From positions 30,814,001 through 30,878,000 of the forward strand of contig OZ024756.1 in assembly GCA_964016885.1 (NCBI GenBank): 64,000 nt of DNA. The letters run 5' to 3'. Positions 48,221 through 62,586 of this stretch are shown here, one piece after another (position 1 is the first letter of the stretch; every line of letters starts with the position of its first letter). A program made the position numbers and the translations under genes. The stretch is from Eledone cirrhosa (Eukaryota). Under the pieces are notes generated by a model, which saw nothing but the letters and a program-made list of their open reading frames with translations, was not told the DNA's origin and searched no databases.

Positions 48221-48836
48221 TGTGTGGTTGCGTGTATGTATGTGTTGGTGTCAATGTGTGTGGTTGCGTGTATGTATGTGTTGGTGTCAATGTGTGTGGT
48301 TGCGTGTATGTATGTGTTGGTGTCAATGTGTGTGGTTGCGTGTATGTATGTGTTGGTGTCAATGTGTGTGGTTGCGTGTATGTATGTGTTGGTGTCAATG
48401 TGTGTGGTTGCGTGTATGTATGTGTTGGTGTCAATGTATGTGGTTACGTGTATGTATGTGTTGGTGTCAATGTGTGTGGTTGCGTGTATGTATGTGTTGG
48501 TGTCAATGTGTGTGGTTGCGTGTATGTATGTGTTGGTGTCAATGTGTGTGGTTGCGTGTATGTATGTGTTGGTGTCAATGTGTGTGGTTGCGTGTATGTA
48601 TGTGTTGGTGTCAATGTGTGTGGTTGCGTGTATGTATGTGTTGGTATCAATGTGTGTGGTTGCGTGTATGTATGTGTTGGTCTCAATGTGTGTGGTTGCG
48701 TGTATGTATGTGTTGGTGTCAATGTGTGTGGTTGCGTGTATGTATGTGTTGGTGTCAATGTGTGTGGTTGCGTGTATGTATGTGTTGGTCTCAATGTGTG
48801 TGGTTGCGTGTATGTATGTGTTGGTATCAATGTGTG
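48221..48836. repeat. 36-bp minisatellite, ~17 near-identical units (tgtgtggttgcgtgtatgtatgtgttggtgtcaatg)
   Basis: 12-aa periodicity in all overlapping ORFs. Confidence 0.95.
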
Positions 48837-48896
48837 TGTGTGCGCTAGATGAGGAAGGAGACAACTGTTCTTCCAAATTTCGGCAATTATTGATTA

Positions 48897-49052
48897 CGCC
48901 ATGCTTTCTAGCATAGTTACGTCCCTTTACAGTCTGAGTTCAAATCCCGCCGAGGTTAACTTTGCCTTTCATCCTTACGGGGTCGATAAAATAAAGTAGC
49001 AGTAATAAACTGGTTAATTGCTGGCCTTGTGCCTAAAGTAGAAACAATTATT
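48897..49052 (+). mobile_element. SINE family 1, 5'-truncated
   Basis: Matches 16250-16408. Confidence 0.85.
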
Positions 49053-49354
49053 GATTAACAAAAATTGATTGGTAAACATTGAATGGTAATGAAAGACTCT
49101 TCACTAGAAATAGTGTTTTTATGTAGGTAAAAAGTCAGTGAAATCAAGCCCAGTTCCACTAGCTCCATAACTACATGTTAATGAGTACAGCATATACAGC
49201 GGGGACTACATAGTCGTGTGTACAATGTCAAGTTCAATCGCTTTTTTGGGGGGTTCAATCATATTTATACACATATACTTATTTTACAAGGTTTTTGATG
49301 ATATTGTCTATTGAAAGAGATATTGTCATATTGGGGAGAAGGAATCATGCTGTT

Positions 49355-49730
49355 CTAATAATTGTTTCTAATTTTGGCACAAGGCCAGCAATTACCCTAG
49401 TGCATTACTGGTGCTTTATTTTATCGACCCCGTAAGGATGAAAAGCAAAGTTAACCTCAGCGGGATTTAAACTTAGACCGTAGAGAGTCGCAACTCTATG
49501 CTGCAAAGCATGGCGTCCGACTCTCTACCGATACTGCCAATCCACTGTCCTTATGCTAAACTAAAATACTATAGGCACAAGCCAGAATTTATCCCAACGC
49601 ATTACTTGTGCTTTATTTTATCGACTCTCATAGGGATGAAAGGCAAAGTTAACCTCGGCCGGATTTGAACAGAGACAATAAAGGGCCATGTTACAATGCA
49701 TAGCGTCCGACCCTCTAACGATACTGCCCT
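49355..49730 (-). mobile_element. Two tandem SINE family 1 copies
   Basis: Units 49355-49550 and 49573-49730 with the same body, reversed. Confidence 0.82.
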
Positions 49731-49977
49731 TTGTTGCTCTAATATTGCCTGAAACATAGAGTAACACAGATTAGCTGTTTGGCTTTGTTTGGTTTTCGCT
49801 TCAGTATATTTTTCGAATTTCTATAAATAATTCAGTTGGCAATCAAAGTTTATCATTGATTGACCAACAGTTAAAAAATATAAATATAAATATATATACA
49901 TTCAAAATGGACAATATGACAAATCCAAATTAAAACGAAAGAGTTTTCTAAAGAAAGTAATGGATAGACATATACAG

Positions 49978-50017
<40 letters not shown>

Positions 50018-50019
<2 letters not shown>

Positions 50020-50167
50020 GGAAAAGGTTTAACCCAGAAATGGCCGTCGAAACGGCTTGAGCTCTGCCGTCGGGGTAAAACTTTTTGCTATTACCCACTC
50101 TACTACTCTAAGTATTGAGTACTCTGGTGCGTTATGATCCATCTGGTTCCTTACCACACCTCCTTCG

Positions 50168-50169
<2 letters not shown>
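50018..50169 (+). mobile_element. Family C element with short inverted 5' piece
   Basis: taggaaaaggtttaaccc (inverted) joined to agaaatggccgtcGAAAcggcttgagc...tccttcgtt-(TA)n. Confidence 0.75.
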
Positions 50170-50250
<81 letters not shown>

Positions 50251-51152
50251 ATGAGAGAGAGAAAGAGAGCTTGAGAGAGAAAGAGACATTGAAAGATAGA
50301 AAGAGACCTTGAGAATGAGAAAGAGACCATGAGAGAGAAAGAGACCATGAAAGAGAGAAAGAGAGCGTGAGAGAGAAAGCGTGAGCGAGAGCATGAGAGA
50401 GAGAGAGTGTGAGAGAGAGCGTGAGAGATAGATAGAGAGAGAGAGAGGGAGAGAGAGAAAGAGACCGTCAGAGAGAGAGAGAGTGAGAGAAAGATCGATA
50501 GAGAATGAGATTAATAGTAAACTTTTATCACCGAATTATTTTTAGTTTCCGTTTTTTTTTCTTTGCTGTTTTATTATTTTTATTCTGACACATCAGATGA
50601 AGCCCCATTTCCAGTAATTTTGACATTTTTAAAATGCACACAAAACCATTAATGGAAAACTAATAACAGCTCTTCTCTTCCCCTTTATTAGCTTGCAGCC
50701 AAACGAGCCCACTTTCCTCACAGTTTTTTTTTTATTTTTTACTCTCACTTTCAGACAAAGGCCAAGAGCACCAAAGGTTAAATTCTACATTCTTTACAGC
50801 AATAACAGAGCAATTAAACTCATGGAACACTTCCATACACTCCCTCCTTGATTAATTGCTTCCAATTCACAAACCACAACTAGTTTTCTTTTTCAATGAC
50901 TAATAACTAGTCCACACGACATGACCCTGCTCCTTGTCGTTACAAAATAACAAGACACATTTTGCTGGAACATTTAAATAACATTGATAACATTAAAAAA
51001 AATTGATATTTTTCAAACTACTCAAGCCCACTGAAAACCGCTGCACCTTGCGTAGCTTTCTAGAAAAATATAAAAATATCTCTTTATGTATTTATACCAG
51101 TGTTTCAAGATGTACATCGGGCATAGACATGTGTATATATATATATATATAT

Positions 51153-51265
51153 AACGGCGATGAATTGTGTTGCGAGGTTTTTGATAAGAATTCGTGTGTC
51201 GAAACAAATATTGTTATACTTGTGGAGGGTCATATTGCCAGAAATAATAACAGAACACTCTCACT
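51153..51265 (-). mobile_element. Diverged family B-related 3' fragment (another at 27622-27690)
   Basis: cgtgtgtcgaaacaaatattgttatacttgtggagggtcatattgcca is a diverged reverse complement of tggcaacatgaccctcccaaagtataacaatatcggtttcaacacacg. Confidence 0.6.
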
Positions 51266-51389
51266 GTTTGGTTGGTCTTCGCTTCTCTATCTTTTATATC
51301 TCCATAGTTAATTCATTTTGCCATCAATGTTTATCATTGACTGACCAACGGTAAAAAGTACAGATATAAATACATATATATATATAGTC

Positions 51390-51433
51390 TAACAAAGTTC
51401 TTTCGTTGCACATCTGCAACATCATCAGTGGTA
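51390..51433 (-). ncRNA. Hammerhead ribozyme, intact core
   Basis: Minus strand: tacca CTGATGA t gttgca gatg tgcaac GAA AGAACT T tgtta; perfect 6-bp stem II; within an ~85-bp insert between (TA)n tracts. Confidence 0.72.
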
Positions 51434-51469
51434 CTATTATGTTTCCTCCTGTTGTATTGTATGTCTACG

Positions 51470-51524
<55 letters not shown>

Positions 51525-51527
51525 CGC

Positions 51528-51590
<63 letters not shown>

Positions 51591-53869
51591 TGTGTGTGTG
51601 TGTGTGTGTGTCTGTGTGTGTGTGTAAGTAAGCTAGGGTGAGAAATAAAATTCTAATTTTATATATATATATATATATATGCAAGTATGTTTGTATGCAT
51701 GTAGGTATGTATGTGCTTAAGTATGTATGGATGTGTAAAAACAACTTAGGCGCATTTTACATCGAGCAAATTTCATTCGCAATACATGGTTCGACCCTTG
51801 CCCACTGTTTATCACGTCCTTTTATCCTTCCAGGTTAGATAAAATAAAGTTCCATTGAACTACTAAAGATCGTTTTAATTGATTTCCGCTCTCCATACAC
51901 TGCTGGTCTTGTGCCTAAAGTTAAAACCATGATTTAATTAAAATCAAAATATCGACGGTGGTGGGAATGCCCCGAAGAAAATGAGAAGAGGAAAAAAACA
52001 CACAGCAAAACCCCCCAAAAAAAGCAGTGATTTAAATTTCAAATTAACAGCCATGTCTTAGTTTAATATTCATTAATTGAAAAGTGCTAAATGTTGTAAA
52101 CTTTAAATTTAATAGACTTCCATCGAAATGAACAAATCAAAATAAAAAAAAAACTAAAGAACAACAAAAAAATCTAAAAAAGAGATAGAAAAAGAAGCCC
52201 ATATATGTTTGCCTGTCGGGTTTAATAAATGGTGCGTAATGTATGAAACTTCTAGTAAAATTATAAAATCTTATTGGAGAGACTGTTCAAACACGTATTC
52301 AAATAACACCTACGTAATATGACATTTTTTTAATGATGATTAGATAAAAATATAATTAAATGATAAAGAAGGAAAAATAAAACTTCAAGCCAGAAGTATC
52401 TTGTTCGTGAATTCACACCATTGTAGTTACTGCGGTTATAGAAAATGTATACGCTTCATTACATGTGGGTTTTCATGAAAGACTGGAGACTCTACCCTAA
52501 AAACATCTGGGATATCTCAAACTTGTAGGTGACCCGCTAATCTTACATATACATGTCCGCCGTAAATATCCATTTATATCTTTTTTATTATTATTTTCAT
52601 TAGACACCCGACTATGTTGTATTTGAAAAGACTTTTGCCTGGAAAACTCCCAAAGCTCCATTTAGTTTTGGGCCTTTTTTTTTTTTAGTGTTGTCTTTCC
52701 GTTGTGATTGTTATTTTACGTATTCATTTATTCATTTATATATGTATATACTTTTATTTAGAGTGTTTATCGGTAAAGAAGACGAGAATATTCTGTATAT
52801 ATCACACACACAGAGTTTGTTTCTGTTCTGATTCCTCTTTTTTAGAAAAATATTCTCTTCATTTGAGAAATCTTACACGAACTGCTTTAGTAAAATGTGC
52901 CAAAAATCTTGTTTGTTTCAATTCATTGTTGAATAGGAAAACCTATTTTCTCGCTATAAATTAGATTCGTTGCTTTATTTAGGATGTCCTCCTAGTTATT
53001 TATTTCCATTACTACCACCAGTTCCTCCAACTCCACACACATACTCCCATTACCACCAGTTCCTCCACCTCTACACACACATACATACATTCTTCATCTA
53101 TTTATTTTTCTATAAGTGTATTGAATTCGTATTGTTTAGTATGTCTTTTTGCCCCAAAGCTCTTCATTGTAGAGGAATGTGAACAAAAACAAATGAAATC
53201 CAAAAATGAAAATGTAAAAAAAAAAAGGATATTATAAATAAATATACACAAAATCTGCCAAAATCTGCTCAGATTTATTCCCAAAAAGGCCTGTTGATTT
53301 CACATACGTTGATGAGTGGAACAAGCAATAAAAACACAAACAAAAGACAAGAATATGATGATATTCAATTTACCGTTAATTACCCGCCATTTCCCAGTGG
53401 GAAATAATCTATAACGATTAAAGCCGGTGGATATTGATGCTCATTTGAATTACCTAATTATTCCAGCTTTTCATTCTTCTTTATATCTATATTGTATTAT
53501 TCATTTATTTATTTATATCTATTTGCTTTTCTTTATGCTCTTATTTCGTTATAGAAAATATGATTCATATCAAAAACCTTTAAATTGTATATTATAAACA
53601 CACATAATTCAACCAAAGTAATTTCAGAATAAATCGAATTAAAGATATTCTCAAGAAAATTAATGCATCTGGCAAGGCATTTCTGAATATATTTATCTTC
53701 ATATAGTGGTTAATAGGACGGAATCAACCTGGAATGAAGTGTGTTCCCTGCAGGACGTTGACAAAGACGAACTTCCTTTAAATACGGAATGCAATGAAAT
53801 GAAAACAACAGCCCTCTCGTGAAATTAATGAACAACTAATGGGCTGAGTATTCCCCCAGACTCGTCTTA

Positions 53870-54725
53870 TTTTAATATAATTCTCGGGAGAGATTTAGAG
53901 GGACACGTTGTATGATAAAGTTGGCCTTTTCAAATACACAAATAGTCAACTTTCAGTTACAGTATATAGCTGAGAATTCCACGCTCGTCTTACCATAACA
54001 TAATTCTCGGGGGAGATTTAGAGTGAAACATAGTGTGAAAGATTGGCCTTTAGTGCGACATATTGTATGGTAAGGTTGGCCTATAAAGTAACAGATTGTG
54101 TGATGAAGCTGTCCTTTAGAGTAACATATTGTGTGAGAAGGTTGGTATTTAGTCTGACATACTGTGTGATAAGATTGGCCTGTAGAGTGACAGATTGTGT
54201 GACAAGATGGTCTGTAGAATGACATACTGTGTGACAAGGTTGGTCTGTAGAGTGACATGCTATGTGACAAGGTTGGGCTTTAGAGTGACACATTGTGTGA
54301 AAATATTGGTCTGTAGAGTGACATACTGTGTGACAAGGTTGCCCTGTAGAGTGATATATTGTGTGACAAGGTTGGGCTTTAGAGTGACATACTGTGTGAC
54401 AAGGTAGGCCTGTAGAGTGATATACTGTGTGACAAGGTAGGCCTGTAGAGTGACATACTGTGTGACAAGGTTGGTCTGTAGAGTGACATACTGTGATACA
54501 AGGTTGGTTTGTAGAGTGACATACAGTGTGACAAGGCTGATCTGTAGAGTGAGATACTGTGTGACAAGTTTGGGCTTTAGAGTGCCATCCTGTGTGACAA
54601 GGTAGGCCCCTAGAGTGACATACAGTGTAACACGTTTGGCCTGTAGTGTGACACACTGTTTGACACGGTTATTATTTTGAAGTACACACTGTATGAGAAG
54701 GTTTGGCTTTAAAGTAACAGATACA
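53870..54725. repeat. 33-bp diverged minisatellite (gtgacatactgtgtgacaaggttggtctgtaga), ~22-25 units
   Basis: 11-aa periodicity (CHTVCHSTDQP) in overlapping ORFs; units decay toward the edges. Confidence 0.92.
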
Positions 54726-56362
54726 GTCAACTTTCATTTATAGTGTATGACAGAGTGTTCCGCCGGCAAATGTATCCTTGACGTGTTTCTCACGAAGATT
54801 CAGTTATCCACAGACTGTAGCAAGGCCGACCGATTGATTTAAAGGTTTAGCCTACAAGGCGGTTTTCAATAGAATTTATATCTATACTATTCCATTCACA
54901 ATGCTTGGATCAACCCGAGGTCATGGTAAATGACACTTGTCTAAGATGCTACGAAATGGCATCTTATGCAGAATCATAAGATTTCGAAGCGGACTTCTTT
55001 TCCATTCAGATATGCTACGTCCACAAATATGAATCACTTTAATTTGGAGATCAAATATACAGAATAGGATGTTCCTCACATTACACAAAACAATTCCACA
55101 GAAACATTACACATGCAAGTGAAATGATATGTTACCAATAGCACCAAATAACAGTCACCGTGTATTGATATGCTGTATTAACTATACTGGTGGGGATTCT
55201 AATGTGCCTAGTAGTAATTGGGGCTATCAACAAGTTAATATACATGAATGAGAGTGGTAGCTTCGCAGAATTGATAAATTCTAGGATTAAATGCCATTTG
55301 TTCTGGTTATTTATGTTCTGAGTTCAAATCTCAAAGGCTGAAGTTTACCTTACATCATTCTGGAGTTAATAAAATCAAGAAACATTTAAGGACTGGGTTG
55401 ATTTAATATACTTTGTCTTCCCCTTAAAATGTGTTGATGTTCTACCTAAATTAGAAATAAATATAGAGGAATATATCAGAGCCAACAATGGAGACATGAA
55501 TGTAGTAGCAACACTTAGTAGAAATAACAGTTAGATCACCGTTACTCTATTAATCTATCATCTGTTCCAGCCAAAAGCCTAAGGCCATGTTGGAGCACCG
55601 ACATTGTTATAACAAAAATTAGATGGATTATATCTGCATTTCAAATGTCCAGAGTACTAAGATATCATATATTTTATGAAGCAATATTTTACTTGACAAG
55701 AAAAATGGCTACGGTTAATCCAATCTGAGAAACCAACCAGAAATACATATCTAATCATTTAGTGGAATATTACATTTTATTAACTTGACAACGCCGGCAC
55801 GTTCAGCTATATTTAAAGAAATGATAAACCGCAAATGGGTTTGTTTGTGTTTGTAAAGGTATTAGTAGCTTAAATGGAGAGAATGACTAAATAATTCTAA
55901 ACGCAGCTGCACGTTAATTATATTCACAAATCCCTGATTAAATTAATATATATAGCTAATGTTGGGAATACTAATGGCGTATATTTGTTTAAAATAGATC
56001 TGTTAATAGGATCACCGTATAGCCGCATAGTATACTACGCTGCATAATATTATATACGCTATTTTGGCTCAAAGGTGGATCACATACCGTAATAAGCAAA
56101 TTTGTTTTGTTGTTATTGATTTTCAGTTTCCTTGTCACCCAGATCTGTGCAAATATTTTCTGATGATAATTGTAGATGAGAGTATCATGGTTTTGTTTCC
56201 TTTTTCTTTTTAAAATAGTGTATGTCTAGTCGTCGTTTCTTTTATATTGCAATTCGCCGACCATAAAATCATTAGAACTAGGTTACTGATATGCCTATTA
56301 CTATTTCTGAGGATGGTATTGGTGTGAGACTGTTTATATCTCAGTACAGAACGAATACCGCA

Positions 56363-56921
<559 letters not shown>

Positions 56922-56924
<3 letters not shown>

Positions 56925-57185
56925 GTTATACTTTGGGAGGGTCACGTTGCCAATAAGAAACACATGCACCAGTTGCTTTCACTTCAATTTATTATAAATT
57001 AAATTTATAAATTTAGGAATTTATAAGTTCCTAAATTTATAAATTTAATTTATAATAAATTGAAGTGAAAGCAACTGGTGCGTGTGTTTCTTATTGGCAA
57101 CATGACCCTCCCAAAGTATAACAATATCGGTTTCAACACACGTTTTCAGATAAAGAATCTTGCTAAACAAATTCAGAAACGAAAT
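56922..57185 (+). mobile_element. Family B 3' fragment with fold-back palindrome 56922-57125
   Basis: ~95-bp inverted arms centred on ggaatttataagttcc (57016-57031); right arm matches 46340-46495. Confidence 0.8.
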
Positions 57186-57206
57186 ATATATATGTATATA
57201 TATGTA

Positions 57207-57289
<83 letters not shown>

Positions 57290-57344
57290 ATTCATTATAT
57301 ATATATATATATTTCGTTTCTGAATTTGTGAATATATATGTATA

Positions 57345-57384
<40 letters not shown>

Positions 57385-57394
57385 CATATATATA

Positions 57395-57436
<42 letters not shown>

Positions 57437-57834
57437 TGTGTGTGTGTGCGTGTGTGCACGCGTGTGTATACACACATATATATATATATATGTGTGTGTG
57501 TGTGCTTGTATGTATCTATATATATATATGCATGCGGTCATAAGTCGAACTTCCACGTATTTTACGTCGAGCAAATTCCATTCACAAAGCGTTCTTCAAC
57601 TCTGTGCTACTGGCAGACATCATTTCCCCAATATTTTTTGTCGTTCAATTTAATCTAACACAGAAGCACATATGTGTATAGCGCAACGTTTTAACCACAC
57701 ACACACAGTTCCACCACTACATTCTGCTTTGCACAGATACTAAAATGTAACTAAATCATATTTGCGAACCACATTAGTGACATATTAGAATTAAAGATTC
57801 TAAGCTCTAGAAACAAAAATTAAATACACACACA

Positions 57835-57993
<159 letters not shown>

Positions 57994-58577
57994 AAATCTT
58001 CGTGTGAAATATAAAACATTAAAAATATTTTTTTTTTTTTAAGATGTAATTATAGAAAGAAGAGAAAAATTATTCTGGATAATTCTAAAATAATTAAGTT
58101 TATTTGCTTAACATTTAAAAAAATATATATAATAAAGTAAATTTCTATTAATTTATTGTATATGGTTAGACATTTAGAAAGGCCGTGACCGTTGAACTGT
58201 TAAATTTTAAATTGAACGCACGCAGACTTTGTTCAATAAAGAACCACAAATGAAAAATATAAACGAATAATAATAACAAGATCAATTAATATTAGTGAAG
58301 TAATTATTAATCGTAATGTATTATACTGCAGTATATTGCATAAAATGTGGGCATAATTAAGCCAAAAAAGAACGAAATCAAACTAAAATGACATATTTAT
58401 AGCTACAAAAAGAAAAGTACGCTGTTTAATTCCAGTTAATTCCGTGTGACTGCCTGAATAATAACGATGCGAATTATTTCTACCAGAATATCTGTAGGTA
58501 GTCCAGTTGATATCGTATAAAGACTGACATTCGAAGTGTTAGTAGTTCATATCTTGCCATATTTATAGCTGCTATAC

Positions 58578-58790
58578 TGGGATGTGGTTGATTGGTTAGA
58601 AAACTGGATTCGCAATCGGGAGGTTGCGAGTTCGATTCCTGGACCGGGCAATGCGTTATGTTCTTGAGCAAGACACTGTATTTCATGCTGTCCTTTTACC
58701 TGGATTTGCGACCGATAGATAGTATTAGCAATGGGAAAGACTAACAGAAATATATTGCTTCCTCGGTCCGATTTGACGTAAGTCGATCGA
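58578..58790 (+). mobile_element. SINE family 3
   Basis: gagttcgattcctggaccgggcaatgcgttatgttcttgagcaagacac..cctcggtccgatttgacgtaagtcgatcg. Confidence 0.8.
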
Positions 58791-58844
58791 CAAAAAAAAA
58801 GATACTGTATCTATAGCGAGTAAAGTGTTAAATTCACGATATTA

Positions 58845-59150
58845 AGGTGGTAGGTTCGATCTCTTGAACGGCCAGAGATTTGTGTCCTTCAAAGAAAGAG
58901 AGCGGGGAGAGAAAAAAGAGGAAGGTATAGTGAGAGATAGAAGGGAAAAGAACAAACCTCTTACTGGCTTGGCACTTTCATGATAGGAAGGTAGTGGGTT
59001 CGAAGTTTGGAACGGCCAGCGATTTGTGTCCTTGAAAGAAAAAGAGGGGAGAGAGACAGAGAGAGAGAGAGTATGAGAAGGAGGTAGAGAGAGTATGAGA
59101 AGGAGGTAGAGAGAGACATAGGGGGGTTGGGGAGAACAAACCTGTTATTG
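58845..59150. repeat. Older tandem duplication (~140-160-bp unit)
   Basis: ggttcga..gaacggccag(a/c)gatttgtgtcctt(c/g)aaagaaaa..agaacaaacct occurs twice. Confidence 0.75.
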
Positions 59151-60034
59151 GATTGACACTTTCCTTATCAACACCGAAATATGAAAAAGCAGAGTTGATC
59201 TCAGCGGGATTTGATCTTAAATATGAGAGAACTGAAACGGATGTCGCAAACATTATATCAGAGCTTCTAATGACAATTCGCCAACTTACACATATATATA
59301 TAATTCAAACTCAATTATATATATATATATATATAATTCAAACTATTTTTCCCACATCTTACGTTAACTATTTTCCCATTTTGACGCTATAGTCACTTAT
59401 ATATTATGGAATCCTGTTGGCTTCTTGCTACAATAATTTCTATACCTTTCATTTATATATATATATATATATATACATATAAATATGGATGAAAATTATG
59501 CAAACAAACATGCATACCTACATACGTAAAAGCACATACATACATATATACATACATACATCATACATGCATAAAAACATACATAAACACACACTACTAT
59601 ATAAATCGCTGTATAATTATATTTGTCGAGATTGTGTGTATTTATATCTTAGCAAACATTCTGTAATCGTAAACGCTGCTTTAATATAGATCTGTAGTTT
59701 TTGTTGAATGATCAAGATAACTCATCCCTCCTGTCTGTCAGTTAGAATCGACCAATCCTGATAATGTTTACCATTTTTCATTTGTCATTTGCCTTTTCCA
59801 ATTATTAGGCAGCCTAGCAGAATATAGATTGTGATTGGTGCCTCGTTTATCTTTGGCGAATTAATGGCTTTGATCATTATAAATACAGCCCGCGTAACGC
59901 AAGACAGGTGAGCAACCATGAGCCAATTTATAGAACGCTAGAAATTTTCTTTCTTAATGCAAAAGCTGACGAATTGATTCGTAAACAATGAAGTTGATGT
60001 AGTCTTGAATGTGTAGCTAGGGAAAATGCGAGAA

Positions 60035-60090
<56 letters not shown>

Positions 60091-60097
<7 letters not shown>

Positions 60098-60139
60098 ACA
60101 AGGGTGAGGTGAACGGAATCTGAGAAAGTAATATGTATG

Positions 60140-60224
<85 letters not shown>

Positions 60225-60238
60225 TTGTGTGTGTGTAG

Positions 60239-60286
<48 letters not shown>

Positions 60287-60343
60287 AGACTGAGAAAGAA
60301 CATGGGTGAGGTGAACGGAATCTGAGAAAGTAATATGTATGTA

Positions 60344-60406
<63 letters not shown>

Positions 60407-60418
60407 TTGTGTGTGTGT

Positions 60419-60422
<4 letters not shown>
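60091..60422. repeat. Recent tandem duplication (~200-bp unit) including microsatellites
   Basis: agaaagaaca(a/t)gggtgaggtgaacggaatctgagaaagtaatatgtatgtatc-(CT)n-(TA)n-ttatatttgtgtgtgtgtagaa occurs twice (60091, 60293). Confidence 0.9.
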
Positions 60423-60467
<45 letters not shown>

Positions 60468-60512
60468 GATAGAGAGAGAAATAGAGAGAGAAATAGAGAG
60501 AGAAAGAGAGAG

Positions 60513-60561
<49 letters not shown>

Positions 60562-60871
60562 TAGAGAGAGAGGTGTGTAAATACAGGTCTATAGCAGGAG
60601 AGGCTTAGAGGAATGGAGAGACGCGCAAGGAGGTGTTTGGTAAAACATGAACGTGATTGGGAGAGAAAGAACTAATAATACCACGTATTATCAATTACTA
60701 TTGTACATCCAGTTTTAACATGAAGATAATTGTACAATTGAGTTATCGCCCATTATCATATACAGAGATGCATATACGGATATGCGCATATATGCATATA
60801 TATAGAGAGAGATAGATAGATATATATTCTATACATACATATATATATATATGAATATATATATATATATA

Positions 60872-60975
<104 letters not shown>

Positions 60976-60980
60976 TGTGC

Positions 60981-61058
<78 letters not shown>

Positions 61059-61090
61059 GCACATATATATATATATATATATATGTATAC

Positions 61091-61175
<85 letters not shown>

Positions 61176-61340
61176 AGAGATAACAAAATATCGTTATAGG
61201 TAATCCAGTTAGAAGTAGTGAATACTTCGCATTATGGATAGTTTTAGCGTAAGGCGTTGATTGTCTCAACAAGAGGTTTACGTGGGGGGCGAGTTTATGA
61301 TTTCACTTATATTCCTATGTAAGTATATCTTGGAGTAATA

Positions 61341-61620
61341 ATATTGAAAAAGAGAAGAATAACATGGTCAACAGTACAAAAAAGGGTTTTATTTACAGTC
61401 TGACAATTGTTTCACTGATTAAGTTATTTAAAATTGAGTGGCACTGCTTCAAGTGTTCAGCAATTTTTAGACAATTTAATCAGTGAAACAATTGTCAGAC
61501 TGTAAATAAAACCCTTTTTTGTACTGTTGACCATGTTTTTCTTCACTTTTTCAATATATATATTGAAAAAGTGAAGAATAACATGGTCAACAGTACAAAA
61601 AAGGGTTTTATTTACAGTCT

Positions 61621-61624
<4 letters not shown>
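61341..61624. mobile_element. Three-armed palindromic insert containing an HHR 3' half (GAAACAATTGTC, 61485-61496)
   Basis: Arms 61341-61436, 61461-61557 and 61560-61624 alternate in orientation; ends in (TA)n. Confidence 0.8.
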
Positions 61625-61683
<59 letters not shown>

Positions 61684-62185
61684 CTATGTATATATATATA
61701 CAGCTATGTATATATATATATAGGTGTATGTATAGATGTTTACGCACATACACGCATATATATGCATGTATATGTGTGAGTGTGTGTACATGTTGGCCCT
61801 TTATCGATTCCATCAACGAGTGTTCATTTAATTTGATCACAGGAAGTGCCTCCACATGAAATTAATATTCAGGTGGCCGAGCACTTCACACTTGACGGAC
61901 ACGTGTAACATTTACCTATTTCACGGTGATATTCAATGTGGAACGATGTCAGGTAGGGTTCGGCGGTTGAATTACAGACACAACACATATTTCCTCCAAC
62001 TGAATAAACTGGTGCAACCTGAAATGTAATGTTTCCTTGAAGACCTACACATACTATGTTGTTGTTGTTGTTGTTACAGCCCACACCTATGCAGTTTAGC
62101 TGGCCTCCTCCAAGGTATATCTCGTTGGGGGTGCCTTGGATGATTCAATGATAGGGACCCCAGTCCTATCATCTCATTTCTACAT

Positions 62186-62586
62186 CTCAGTAAACTGGAA
62201 CAACGTGAAATAAAGTGTTTTGCCAAAGGAAACAACACATCACTCGGTCCGAGAATTGAACTAACAACCTTTCGATTGCTAGCCCAATGCTCTAACCACT
62301 AAGCCATGCGCCTTCACTCTGCTGAAAACATACTATGGTCGTGTGTCAAAGACGCTAACAATAATTCCACGCACCTCCTGAAGTCTGTTTTAAGCCAGAA
62401 GTCTCGTTAAGAACAGTATTTATCCAGGTTTCATGGAGTGAAGCGACTGAGAATAAAAGACTTCCCGCTGGACAGGATGCCAGTCCATCGCAGGGTTAAT
62501 TCTCCAGCTATCACTGGTACTCATTTTCAGCAGAGTATACTGGAGCAACGTGAAATGAAATGTTTTGCTCAAGAACACAACACCCA
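62186..62586 (-). mobile_element. SINE family 2 pieces (head 62186-62315; body 62384-62586)
   Basis: ctggacaggatgccagtccatcgcagggtt and ggagcaacgtgaaatgaa..gctcaagaacacaac are reverse complements of 21027-21298. Confidence 0.75.

Noticed and set aside
48221-54725. 36-bp and 33-bp arrays as CRISPR-like repeats
   Set aside because: Head-to-tail tandem units without unique spacers, eukaryotic context, no cas genes.
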